From contig CBDCTK010000002.1 in assembly GCA_965222225.1 (NCBI GenBank), positions 4,128,001-4,192,000 on the forward strand: 64,000 nucleotides of DNA. Direction: 5' to 3'. Position numbers and translations under genes: made by a program. Positions 30,519 to 40,589 of this stretch are shown piece by piece (the stretch's first letter is position 1; each line of letters begins with the position of its first letter). The notes below the pieces were generated by a model, which was not told where the DNA came from, did not search any database, and saw only the letters and a list, made by a program, of their open reading frames with translations. Source of the DNA: Candidatus Poribacteria bacterium. GTDB lineage: Bacteria > Poribacteria > WGA-4E > JAJDTR01.

Positions 30519-32971
30519 TTTCTTTTCAACCATGCAAACAGACTTTTCCTGCTCATTGGTAAGCATAATATGCGCTTGCATCCGCAGCTCTGGCGCGATA
30601 TGGGTTGGAAACTTGCGAGGAATGGTGAAGTTTTTTCTGATAAAGACACGCTTCGCCGCTGGTTTTCACTGTTGCTTACCTCTCTTCGAGAGAAAATAAG
30701 CATGAACGATCTGATGCATGTCGACACGGACTATCTCCTGCCTCAGATGGGTGAACTTTGCATAGCAAACGAAATGCTGGATGATTTATTGCAGATATTC
30801 GATTGGATGATGGAAAGTCGCATTCGGATTAACAAAGGATACTCGTGGCCTTCTGCCGACGATGACAGGGAAATACCCTCTGTTGATGCTGAATTAATTC
30901 CAATTAGCGAACAACACGAATTGAATGAACTGTGGGAAGTGGGACTGAAGCCTAAGCTACCTCAAGTAGCCAAGCCGTTACTCGATCGGGTAATCAGGCG
31001 GCTAGAAGGACAATATCTCACACTGTGTACTTGGGGAAAGGTGCACGGCACATGGGATCCAATGAGCGAGGGACGTTCTGCCATTGAGCCTGAAGAAGGG
31101 GATGGTAATACCGAATCGATTGATGTGATGATCAATGCGGCCCGCGATTGCCTCTTATGGCTGGCTTCCAATCAGGTAGAAACAGCGACACAATGGTGTA
31201 ATCGGCATGTGCGTTCGGGAGTAACTCTGCTACGCAGACTTGCGGTACATGGGGTGTACAAACGCGAAGATTTAACAGCAGACGACAAAATTGATTGGTT
31301 ACAAACACACATAAATCAGATTGGGTTGTCGGTTGGCGCCGAAGTGTTCCCGTTACTACAGCAAGCCTATCCCGAAGCCTGCCCGGCACATCGAAGCTCG
31401 CTTATTGAAGCCATGTGGACTTACCGTTGGCCTAAGGAAACAGCTTCGGACGGAGATAAGCATGCGGCAAGGCAACAATTCGACTGGTTTAATTGCATCC
31501 ATCGATGTGTTCCTGACTGCCTCTTGGCTAAAGCAGCGTTGGATAAAGTGTTGGCGCGGTACCCAGAATTCAAGTCGATGGTACCTCAACCTCCGACACA
31601 AGGAGGCATATCAGGTCCAATCGCGCCGCAAAGTGCTCCGCCCCCTGAAGAACTACCGCCAACACCTTCCGCCGATCAACTACACGAGTTACTGTCAAAT
31701 CAAACTGCAGCGTGGGATGAAGCTAAACATAGTCAAGTATTCCAGAGGCTTGTCAGAATTGAGTTGTATCCAAAATATAGTCACGCGATTGCCAATGCGC
31801 TCTATGCACTGGTAGAGAACGGTGGTCCCTCCTATGCCTTAAAACTACTCCCGCAAGCCCAGCGAATCGCTTCGGCACTGTGGCCCCATCTTGACCGGAC
31901 CGCGCCAATCGATGCAAGAGGAGACTGGCTATTCGCCGCCATGAATCACCCGGCAGGGCTCCTGGCTTACTTCTGGATATCTGCACTCTCACTCTGGCGC
32001 GAGCACCACGATCCTAAACCTACAATTCTCAACGATGACTATCGTAGGGCGCTGTCCGACATTGTGGTGGACCGGTCGCCGGCAGGTACGCTCGGGCGGA
32101 CGGTTCTCGCCAGCAAATTGCATATTCTCTTGGACGCTGACCAGGTATGGACACGTGAATATCTTCTTCCGCTTTTTGACCCGTGCAGCGATGACTTCCA
32201 AAGTGCGTGGGACGGTTTCGTAAAATGGGGAAAGCTCAATCCTTCGGTCGCTAAAGCCATGACTGATCTATTCCTCAAGGCAGTTACGCGGATCGGCACC
32301 GACCTCTTCAACCAACGTGATTCATTCGTAAAACACTACATCGCTATGCTCATAGATTCCATTTATATCGCCGAAGACCCTCTCAGCGAATGGATTCCTA
32401 AGATATTCAATCACGGCAGCCAAGATAGTCCTTCTGCCGATAGCGAACCTACGCTTTTTCCCCGCGCCAATCGATCTATTGCGGAGATCTTTGCATCAGT
32501 TATGAGTAGCCGCTTACGGAATATGCCTGAAACCGAGCAGCGGGAGTTGTGGGAGCACTGGCTCAAGGATTACTGGCAGAATCGCCTGGAAGGTGTGCCC
32601 TCCCCACTTATGTCTAGCGAAGCTAAACTCATGCTCGATTGGCTGACGGCTTTGACTGCGGTATTTCCCGATGCCGTCGCGCTTGCTGTCCAGATGCCAT
32701 CGACTTCGTTGGAGCGTACGAGGATTCTATCTTCTCTGGTGAAAAATAGTACATGGTTGAGCCATCCCGATGCGGTCGCGAAGTTATTGATTTATCTGTG
32801 GCAATGCGGTATACCGGCACACTATTGGCACTTAGTGCAGAAGATCGTTGCCCCCCTCGTCGAGTCGAAAATCCCGGCAGAACTTCAGCAGAAACTGGAG
32901 GACATCAGAATCCAACTCTAGCAATCAATGTGACCAGTTTCAATCTGATGAATCAGATTGATGACTATTAT

Positions 32972-33106
32972 TGTAGGGTGGAATCTGCGATCAAGCGACT
33001 GAATAAGGAGCGATCAAAGGAATGGATTATGACTGCGATAGGAATCTCTATAGAAAATCCCACGCGATAGAGCTCCCATAGCAAATCGCGTACGATAGAA
33101 AGTCCT
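32972..33106 (+). repeat. GATCAA/ATAGAG unit cluster following a GTAG REP start
   Basis: tgtagggtggaatctgc-gatcaagcgactgaata...gatcaaaggaatggatt...gcgatagagctccc. Confidence 0.75.
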
Positions 33107-33167
33107 TTGGCGCCAGTAGGGCGTGATTCGATACTGTTCAAATTCGTCGTATTCCGCTCTCGCCTTC

Positions 33168-34079
33168 TTACTTCCCAGCCTTATACCGCGCCACTGGACT
33201 CCGTTCCGACGGTGCCTCCCTCACATACCGCGCCGGCATCGTCGGCTCCTGCCACCGCCCCGCTCGTTGCACCTCCTTCACGCTTGCCCCGGCCTCTGCA
33301 AGCGACACCGCAGACCCGATACGAAGCGAGTGTCCGCTAATCAATCCCGTCACTCCCGCTTCCGCCGCCCGCCGCTGTATCGCCGCGCGCCCCCCCTTCA
33401 CCCCCAGCCGATCGTCAGTCACATGATTCTGGAAGCGTATCCTCCGGAACAAAGCCCCCGACGCAATCCCCGCTCTCGTTCGATACCGCTCTATCAACCG
33501 CCGTGTCGATTCACAGATATACAGATTCTCGCCCTGGTCCTCCCCGCTTGTCCTCTTGCCGTAGACCTGAAGCCCCTCGGCTCTAACATCCTCCACATCC
33601 ACTGCAACCGCCTCCGAGATGCGTAACAGGCAATCGCTCATCAGCCTAATCATGGCGGCATCACGGGTGCCCGCCGCGGTATCTGACGATTCCGCCGCCG
33701 CACACACCCGCTCCACTTCGTGCCACGTAAGCCCGTCTACCTGGCGCCGCCCGCGCCCTTTACCTTCGCCGCGGATATCAGACAATGCGCGAGCGGTGAT
33801 GTCCCCAACCACATTGCCAACCCCACGGTACTCCGCCATCCACTTCACCGCGGACACGACCAGCTTGATCGTCGCCGGCGATTTCCCCTGTGCATACAGA
33901 AACCTGATATATTCCGCCAGCACCGCATCCGATAGGGCACGTCCGTCTAGCCAAGCTTCCAGCTTGCGGCTCGCGTGCTCATACGCCTTGAGCGTGTTAT
34001 CCGCCACGTTTGCCCGAATCTCCTGCCCCGTACCCGCGGCGATTCGCAACCCCCTATCCGATTCCTTGCCTTGCTTCAT
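33168..34079 (-). CDS. Cre-like tyrosine recombinase/integrase
   Basis: RDAAMI....LLRISE, HSLRIG, GRW and the catalytic Tyr in PARY. Confidence 0.92.
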   Translation of the reverse strand: MKQGKESDRGLRIAAGTGQEIRANVADNTLKAYEHASRKLEAWLDGRALSDAVLAEYIRFLYAQGKSPATIKLVVSAVKWMAEYRGVGNVVGDITARALSDIRGEGKGRGRRQVDGLTWHEVERVCAAAESSDTAAGTRDAAMIRLMSDCLLRISEAVAVDVEDVRAEGLQVYGKRTSGEDQGENLYICESTRRLIERYRTRAGIASGALFRRIRFQNHVTDDRLGVKGGRAAIQRRAAEAGVTGLISGHSLRIGSAVSLAEAGASVKEVQRAGRWQEPTMPARYVREAPSERSPVARYKAGK

Positions 34080-34226
34080 GATAAACCCCTCGTCAGATTT
34101 ATACCACCGTTGCCATATTCATCGACCGCCCAAGCCGTCGAGCATAACTGGCACCCCAAGTGAACATGGCAACACGAATATCGTTACATACAGCCAGTGT
34201 TGAGGAATCTCGACCTTTCTGCCTTG

Positions 34227-34596
34227 GAGCCTGTTTGAAAAGTACAGTTTGTAGGGTGCGATCAAAGGAATGAATAATGACTCCGATAGAGATCCCCTGC
34301 GATCAAGCGAATGAATAATAAGCGATCAACTGAACGAATAGTGAAGGAGCAACTGACCGATAGGGAAGGCGGTAGAGATCCCATAGAAAGTCCTGATAGA
34401 GATCCTACCAGCCTCTAAAAGCCCCCAGAGTGGGATCAAGGGAGATCCAATGAGCGAATAGCGAATGCGATAGGGATCCCTGATAGAGACTGCGATAGAG
34501 ATCCTAACAGGTATGTAGCAGCCAACAATGAAAACATGAAAAAACTCTCTACAAATGACCAAAAATGGCTTTGCCACCGATTATTCAAACAGGCTC
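34227..34596. mobile_element. MITE (IS5-like ends), expanded 370-bp copy
   Basis: Terminal inverted repeats GAGCCTGTTTGAA...TTCAAACAGGCTC with TTG/TTA flanks. Homologous to 48094-48304. Confidence 0.85.
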
Positions 34597-35600
34597 TTAG
34601 AACACACCCTCCCTTACCATCGTTCGGTTCAACTTCTTCACCACCGCCGGCGTCACCGGATCGTTGTCCGGGAGGAATCCCTCTCCCTTCTTTAGTTTAA
34701 CAGCCGCAACACTGTCCAACTCAGCCAGCTTCTTAGCCCCTTGCACCGCCTTCAGATCGCCCCCGTAGTACTCGTACCAAGGCAGCTTCGCGTTTGTGTA
34801 ATCCTGAGCCGTCGGCGGCTTCCCTGGCGGCTCGCAACCCGTCACTTTGAGGAGCTCCACGCGCTATTCACGATATGAACGAAGCAGCGCGAGCCGGTCG
34901 ACGTGTCCCACGCATCGATGCCGTATTCGTCCTCGTATATCTCCTGCCGCATAAGACCGCCCGGCGCCAACCCCATCCGCGGTTCCTCGCGAAGTACATA
35001 GTAGTCTGCTCTGCTCAGGTTCTTATCAAGTGGCAGTTCCTCGTATATCGACCGCTTCATCGGATAGACAGCAATCTGGAGCCCGCCGTGCTCCGCCTCG
35101 CCCGTTAGCTGCTCCTCCGCCGTGAAACCCTCACCCAGCGGCATCGCCACGAACTGCCGAATTAGCCCCTTCTCCACGCAGAACCCGTCCAACCACGGTT
35201 GACCCGGCACCACCAAGTAATCCTGCCGCTCCCCGCTGAGCTCCTCCTCCCATGCCCCCCCGGTCACCGTGTTGACTTTGCCCGCTGCTATCTTCACCGC
35301 CATCGGATAGTCGCCGTGGAAACAGATCCACATCGCCTCCGCTTGATACATCGGGGTGAACACCCCGCCATGTTTCCTCCACGTTTCCGGCAAGTTATCC
35401 GGGTAGTCGTCCACTCGACTCAGCGGGAATCTCCCAAGCCCCGGCGGCAAATAATGTTTTCGGTTGTCGTCCGGAATCCGCAGCGTACGCTGGAATTCAA
35501 TCGCGAGCTCGGCAAATCCGTATATCTCCGGAAATCGAAATATAATCTAATCGTTTCTCAGTTCAATAGTTTTTTTCCCGTTCCTAGTCCTATTAGCCAT
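34597..35600 (-). pseudogene. Conserved hypothetical protein (FQRTLRIPDD...LPPGLGRFPL family), disrupted
   Basis: ATG 35600, an in-frame TAG near 35547, and a frameshift near 34860 separating ORFs 34842-35450 and 34597-34860. Confidence 0.75.
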
Positions 35601-35959
35601 AATCATAGACCTCTCTGTTTTTTAATTCCTGATGAGCAAAACACTTCAACACGTAATATGTATTATAACAGGATTTATATAACTTAACAACCGAAAACAT
35701 CAAGCCCTTTCCAATTCAGCCCCGCCGCCCTTGTAGCCCCTCTTCTACGGTCGCAATCCCCCGGCGGACGCGCCCGCTGTTCGTGGCGTGGGGTACGCTG
35801 CACACTGCTATCAAGCCAGCTAGCCGGCGAATACCGAGTGCGGTAGACATCCCCTCCAGCCGGCGCCGCGCAAATACGCCTAAGCAACGGGCAACGGCAA
35901 CCCTCGAAGCGATGCGGGCTGCTTTGGTGTCGTGCCGAGGCGCCGCCCTGCGCCACCAA

Positions 35960-36100
35960 CTGATCGAACATATTGATGGATTGAAAAACGATAAAGCGAA
36001 TGGCCAACTGACTGGATAATGAAGGATCCACTGAGATCAACCGACTGATTAGGGAGGACGATAGTAGATCCTGCGCGATAGAGTTCCCATAGAGATTCCA
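35960..36100 (+). repeat. GATCAA/GCGATAGAG unit cluster
   Basis: gatcaaccgactgattagggaggacgatagtagat.ctgcgcgataga.ttcc.atagagat is nearly identical to about 27807-27870. Confidence 0.8.
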
Positions 36101-36456
36101 TGAATCCTAGTTCGGACAATCCCGTCCCCTTCCCCACTCTCCACCGCTCTCTCAAGTGCAAAAGATTTACGGAGTTGGTAGTTAGAGACTGGCAATATTG
36201 AACAAGCACGTATACGTATGAGTGGGAGTGTAGTTATTTTCTGACACCTGCACATAAACGTGCTATTATACGGTAAGTATCAAGAAGTTCATCCGCTATC
36301 AGGGAAGGGTGGCATACGATAACAGCACACGACACAACAGCGAATTTATTATAGCGCTTCTCTATTGGCTTAGGTATAGTATAATGGGGCGGTTGCAACA
36401 CAGTGGCGATTGATTCGATACATGCAACACATGAAGATAAAAGAAGGGATAAACCA

Positions 36457-38358
36457 ATGACACGCTTTATTTGTATCCTAGCCTTGCTCCTAGGCCTGAT
36501 GACATGGGTATACGCCCAACCCGTCAACATGCCCGACCCAAACCTACGCACCGCAGTGCGCGAATCTCTTGATCTTCCAAATGGCGCACCGATTACGCGT
36601 GATGCTATGCTTCAGTTGATTAAGCTTCGTCCTGGAAGCCGCGGCATTGAAAATCTATCCGGTGTGGAGTTCGCAAAAAACCTCAGAGAACTATCAATCT
36701 GGGGCAACCCCATAACCGATCTCAGTCCTATCGCCGGACTAACTAAGTTGGAACTGCTGTACATGTGGGGGACACCGATTTCGGATATTACACCACTAGC
36801 GAATCTGGCGAATCTGATAAATTTGCGTCTGAACTATTGCAACGTTGCCGATATAAGCCCAGTTGCACATTTGCTTAAACTTGAGAAACTGTCATTAGCC
36901 GGAAATGGGATCACCGACGTTGGACCTCTTGCCAACTTAACGCAACTCCGACTCCTCAACCTCGAAAACAATGGCATTGTGGATGTGCGTCCGTTGGCGG
37001 GCCTGCGTCGATTAGAAACATTAACAATAGAGGGCAACCGTATAACAGACCACAGTCCACTTGATGGATTGTCGTTGGAACACTTTACACATGACCTCGA
37101 AACGCCGTGCGACATGGCGCCGCTTCCTTTGGAGCCTCGTATAGAGAATAGAAACTTCCCCTCCCTCTTTTCCGCCTGGATCGATCGGAATAAATACTCG
37201 GCATACGATTTGATCTTCTGCTGCCCTCGGTTCGAGAGTTGGCTTGTTGAAACGGCCGACGGTTTTCAATTCCGTACCGCGCATTCATCGTGGGATGGAC
37301 CGGTTCAGATACGCGACGGCTACCTAGAACAAAACCCGACTATGGTATTTTTGCACGGACTATCTGTAATTTGGCATGAGCTGGACTCCCTGCCCGAAGA
37401 TTCTCCTTGGTGGCTGCGTGATGAACAAGGGAACATACTTCCAGCCTGGGATATGGGCTTAATGAATCTTAATCATCCGGGTTGGCAGCAGCGGATGATT
37501 GACATAGCGGCGACTATAGATCAATGCGGTTTGTACGACGGGATTTTCATCGACGGCTGGAGTGAATGGCATAACGAACGGCGCGGGCAACTACCGGGGC
37601 AGGTGGCTATTCTCAAAGGGATACGCGAAAGGGTGCGGGACGATTTTCTTATCATGGTGAACACAAATACCTGGACAGCACCGGTGTCGGCACCTTACAT
37701 CAACGGACTGTTTTTGGAATCCGGCTTTCCGGGCGATAGCAACTCACCTGAAGATCTTGAAGAACGTCTGTCGGAACTAGAGGATACGCTGAGATGGGCT
37801 GAGACCACACTGCTGGAGCCTCGAATCACCGGACTCGAAGGAAGCAACTACCGTGACGAACCGCCAGACAACCCAAAGAATATGCGGTGGATGCGGGCGA
37901 CTACCACTTTGGCGCTCACGTTTAGCGACGGTTATGTTGCTTTCCCGTTACGAGGAGGACCTTGGTACGATTTCTGGAATGCCGACCTCGGACGCCCCGT
38001 CGGAGAGACTTTGCAGCTCTATGAACACCGCCCAGGTCTCTACATCCGTGAATTCACGAACGGTTGGGCGGTATACAACCACAGCGGCGCGGCGCAGGTT
38101 GTGACATTGCCGGAAGATGTACAATCAGTAGCTAGCGGATTGAGCAACACGGAACATGCCGTGCTTAACCTGGACGGCGATATTTTTTTGCGGGTGACGC
38201 CGAAGAATCCAGCGGACGTGAACGGGGACGGGGTAGTGAATATCTTGGATTTGACGTTGGTGGCACAGGGGTTCGGCGGCGATCGACCGGGCGCCGATGT
38301 TAACGGCGACGGCGTTGTTAATGTGTTTGATCTTGTTCTCGTGGCAAATGAGTTTTAG
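36457..38358 (+). CDS. Secreted LRR (internalin-like) + putative glycoside-hydrolase barrel + dockerin-like protein
   Basis: Signal peptide, about 6 LRRs (LxxLxLxxNxIxDxxPL), YDGIFIDGW...NGLFLE, and two DVNGDGVVN.(L/F)DL repeats. Confidence 0.85.
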   Translation: MTRFICILALLLGLMTWVYAQPVNMPDPNLRTAVRESLDLPNGAPITRDAMLQLIKLRPGSRGIENLSGVEFAKNLRELSIWGNPITDLSPIAGLTKLELLYMWGTPISDITPLANLANLINLRLNYCNVADISPVAHLLKLEKLSLAGNGITDVGPLANLTQLRLLNLENNGIVDVRPLAGLRRLETLTIEGNRITDHSPLDGLSLEHFTHDLETPCDMAPLPLEPRIENRNFPSLFSAWIDRNKYSAYDLIFCCPRFESWLVETADGFQFRTAHSSWDGPVQIRDGYLEQNPTMVFLHGLSVIWHELDSLPEDSPWWLRDEQGNILPAWDMGLMNLNHPGWQQRMIDIAATIDQCGLYDGIFIDGWSEWHNERRGQLPGQVAILKGIRERVRDDFLIMVNTNTWTAPVSAPYINGLFLESGFPGDSNSPEDLEERLSELEDTLRWAETTLLEPRITGLEGSNYRDEPPDNPKNMRWMRATTTLALTFSDGYVAFPLRGGPWYDFWNADLGRPVGETLQLYEHRPGLYIREFTNGWAVYNHSGAAQVVTLPEDVQSVASGLSNTEHAVLNLDGDIFLRVTPKNPADVNGDGVVNILDLTLVAQGFGGDRPGADVNGDGVVNVFDLVLVANEF

Positions 38359-38510
38359 CCTCGTATATACACCGTCGGCCGCAGCCGCGCGCACTTCGTG
38401 AATTCACGCACGAACTTTAGCTGTTCACGCCGCTTTTTCAGGAATGCCAAATCTTTCGCCTTTTCTTTTTCGCGACGTTGAGCGTCTAATCCATCAACAG
38501 GAATGGCCAT
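38355..38510 (-). CDS. Small basic protein (51 aa)
   Basis: AGGAGG RBS, then MAIPVDGLDAQRREKEKAKDLAFLKKRREQLKFVREFTKCARLRPTVYIRG. Shorter than any ORF in the supplied track. Confidence 0.5.
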   Translation of the reverse strand: MAIPVDGLDAQRREKEKAKDLAFLKKRREQLKFVREFTKCARLRPTVYIRG

Positions 38511-38743
38511 CTTGCTAACCTCCTAAAATGTGTGCCATTAGAATAGCCAAGTAATCAGTTTAATCATAGGTAAACAACAACGGGAACAGCTAACATACGT
38601 AGAAAAGCGCAGAACCAGCCGGTTGGCCCACCTCCCGCCATCGCACCGCACAGCAGATCAAACGCCTTGACAATGACCGCGATAGAGTTCTCATAGTGAT
38701 AGCGTCAGCATGAAAAGCGTCTTTGCTTCAGATTCCTACCAAC

Positions 38744-39070
38744 CTATTTCCTTACCATTACAATTGTATAGATCATCTCCTCTCCAGCCATGGTTGCAGA
38801 AAGATGAGTAAGGTCATAATTTTCGTATATTGGTAGATTGATCTCATTTTCAGCCGCAACGCGATTGGTCTCGACAAGCAACAAATATCGTCTATCCGTC
38901 TTCTCTGTGACTTGAGAAGACTCATCATGAAAGTGATATTTACCAGATGCCGAATCTATATGCCTTCCATCTCTATCCGTTCTCCCAGAATGAGAAAACG
39001 TGAAATCTGAAACGAAAATGATACAAGTAAGAAACGCTGCTATTACGAGCAACAACATCAAGATTCTCAT
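38744..39070 (-). CDS. Small exported protein with an HSGRTD/YHYH-like His motif
   Basis: RBS GGAGGG, a hydrophobic leader, and HSGRTDRDGRH....GKYHFH. Confidence 0.7.
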   Translation of the reverse strand: MRILMLLLVIAAFLTCIIFVSDFTFSHSGRTDRDGRHIDSASGKYHFHDESSQVTEKTDRRYLLLVETNRVAAENEINLPIYENYDLTHLSATMAGEEMIYTIVMVRK

Positions 39071-39728
39071 TTTTCCCCTCCATGAAAAGAGGGGCAACCC
39101 ACATAGGCTGCCCCACTGTTGAGGCAGTCCTACATGGCATAAACTCATTGCTCATGATAGGATCTCCCTTTGTTTTGTACTGACGCAGTACCTTTGCGCC
39201 CCCCGAATATCCATTCGGGATCATTGACAGATATTTAGTTAGATGTTATAAAAGCAACGGGTGACGCAAGCGAGTTTCCCACTCGCGTACCTTTGCGTTG
39301 CCTATGTCGTTCCTCTGCTTGTAGGTATTCGCAGTACCTGCAGGCAAGAACGGCATTACATCAGTCGCTGAATCTGCCGATGATTATCATATACGGGTGT
39401 CACGGCTCATGTCAACTCAAAAAAATCTCCTTCTTTGCTGTCTAAAGGATGGGGGTAAGTTCAGTGCGATAGAGATCTCATACATGGCCCTTCCATCTTA
39501 ATCCTACAAGAGATGTCACTAAGCGAATCCTAACCCGCGTAATCCATTAATCTGTGTAATCAGCGATTCAGACAATCCCCTCTCCTCCCCATTTACCCCT
39601 CCCTACCCCCTGACCATCAAGCGAGTGATTGGCGAGTGATCAAAGGAGCGAATAGCGACTGCGATAGACAATCCCCTCACCTCCCTCCACTTCCCACGCT
39701 CACCCCAATGTAAAAAACTTATTAACGC

Positions 39729-39757
39729 TTGACAAATCCGTCCTAACATGATATAAT
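39729..39757 (+). promoter_or_regulatory. Consensus sigma70 promoter
   Basis: TTGACA-17 nt-TATAAT with a TG extension. Confidence 0.85.
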
Positions 39758-39878
39758 CCCCGATAGTTGCACCACGCGGCATTGATCCGCTTCCACAATT
39801 TCATAGGCATGCGCGCGCGTTCCACCCTAGACATGATATCCGGGAAACCGCGCTGAACCAAGTCTCACGCCTTCATTC

Positions 39879-39939
39879 AGCCCATTGGTGGCTTTACCTG
39901 TTGTCAATCAACAGAAAGCCATCAGTGGGCTTTTTTTTT
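39879..39939 (+). terminator. Intrinsic terminator/attenuator
   Basis: Long stem agcccattggtggcttt..ctgttg / caacag.aaagccatcagtgggct followed by T9. Confidence 0.85.
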
Positions 39940-40055
39940 GGTAGTCGTGGCTGGCCGTAAAACTCCCGTGGTTAGCGATCAGCAGCGCCAAAAGGATATA
40001 TTGGTTCTTACCGGCCGCTGTCCGCCGGCAACTGCTTTATATGGAGAGTTAGAAT

Positions 40056-40589
40056 ATGTGCGAAACAAACGAAACACTCAAAATCTCACACGAAGACCAC
40101 CTAGATGCAATAGTGAACCGCGTCTACGAAAGCTGGGGGACCTCGCAGGTTGTTGATTCCTGGATGGAGAAATATCCCCGGTGGGCACATCTTGGTCGCA
40201 AGATATTTCGAGATGCCGCACGCGTTTCTAATCCTCGGTCTAACAAATTTTCAACCGAATACCGCGAAATATATGAGCGCACATTAGCGCACTATCGTGA
40301 AGAACGCCGCGCACTACTTGAAGCCATAGCTAGCAAGGCTTCAAGCGCAATTTCGCAGATTGTTGAAAGTGTGCGCTCAAACGTTACCAACGTCCCTATT
40401 GACAACGCCCACGACCTGCTTCATCTCTCTCGCGCTATCAACCCCCTTAAGGACATAGCGCTAAAGGCCTTACAAGAGATAGATTATGACCATAGTAACT
40501 CCCATGCCCGCAATACTAACCGAGATGCAGTCGATCGGCTGCTCCGCTACAAAGACTTGGCTGACGAACTCACGGAAGATGAAGGATGA
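40056..40589 (+). CDS. Hypothetical helical protein, candidate terminase small subunit
   Basis: RBS GGAG, 177 aa, overlaps the terL start. The call rests on position only. Confidence 0.5.
   Translation: MCETNETLKISHEDHLDAIVNRVYESWGTSQVVDSWMEKYPRWAHLGRKIFRDAARVSNPRSNKFSTEYREIYERTLAHYREERRALLEAIASKASSAISQIVESVRSNVTNVPIDNAHDLLHLSRAINPLKDIALKALQEIDYDHSNSHARNTNRDAVDRLLRYKDLADELTEDEG

Larger units (their letters stand above)
28203..32921 (+). pseudogene. SIR2 + DUF4020-like defence sirtuin (Dsr1-like), interrupted by IS1595
   Basis: The N-terminal part has FAGAGVS, VTTNFD, HVHG and FVGYSHDD. Removing 29271-30527 rejoins DRFLF-NHANRLFLLIGKHNMRLHP in frame (about 1153 aa). The C-terminus carries W..WLKDYWQNRLEGVP. 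Confidence 0.85.

Noticed and set aside
34260-34506. DGR-type adenine mutagenesis as the source of the variable dinucleotides
   Set aside because: Adenines are conserved at other positions on both strands, and no reverse transcriptase or TR/VR pair is seen in the window.
35684-36040. GC-rich ORFs on both strands
   Set aside because: No family motif is recognisable in any frame, and they run into repeat units.
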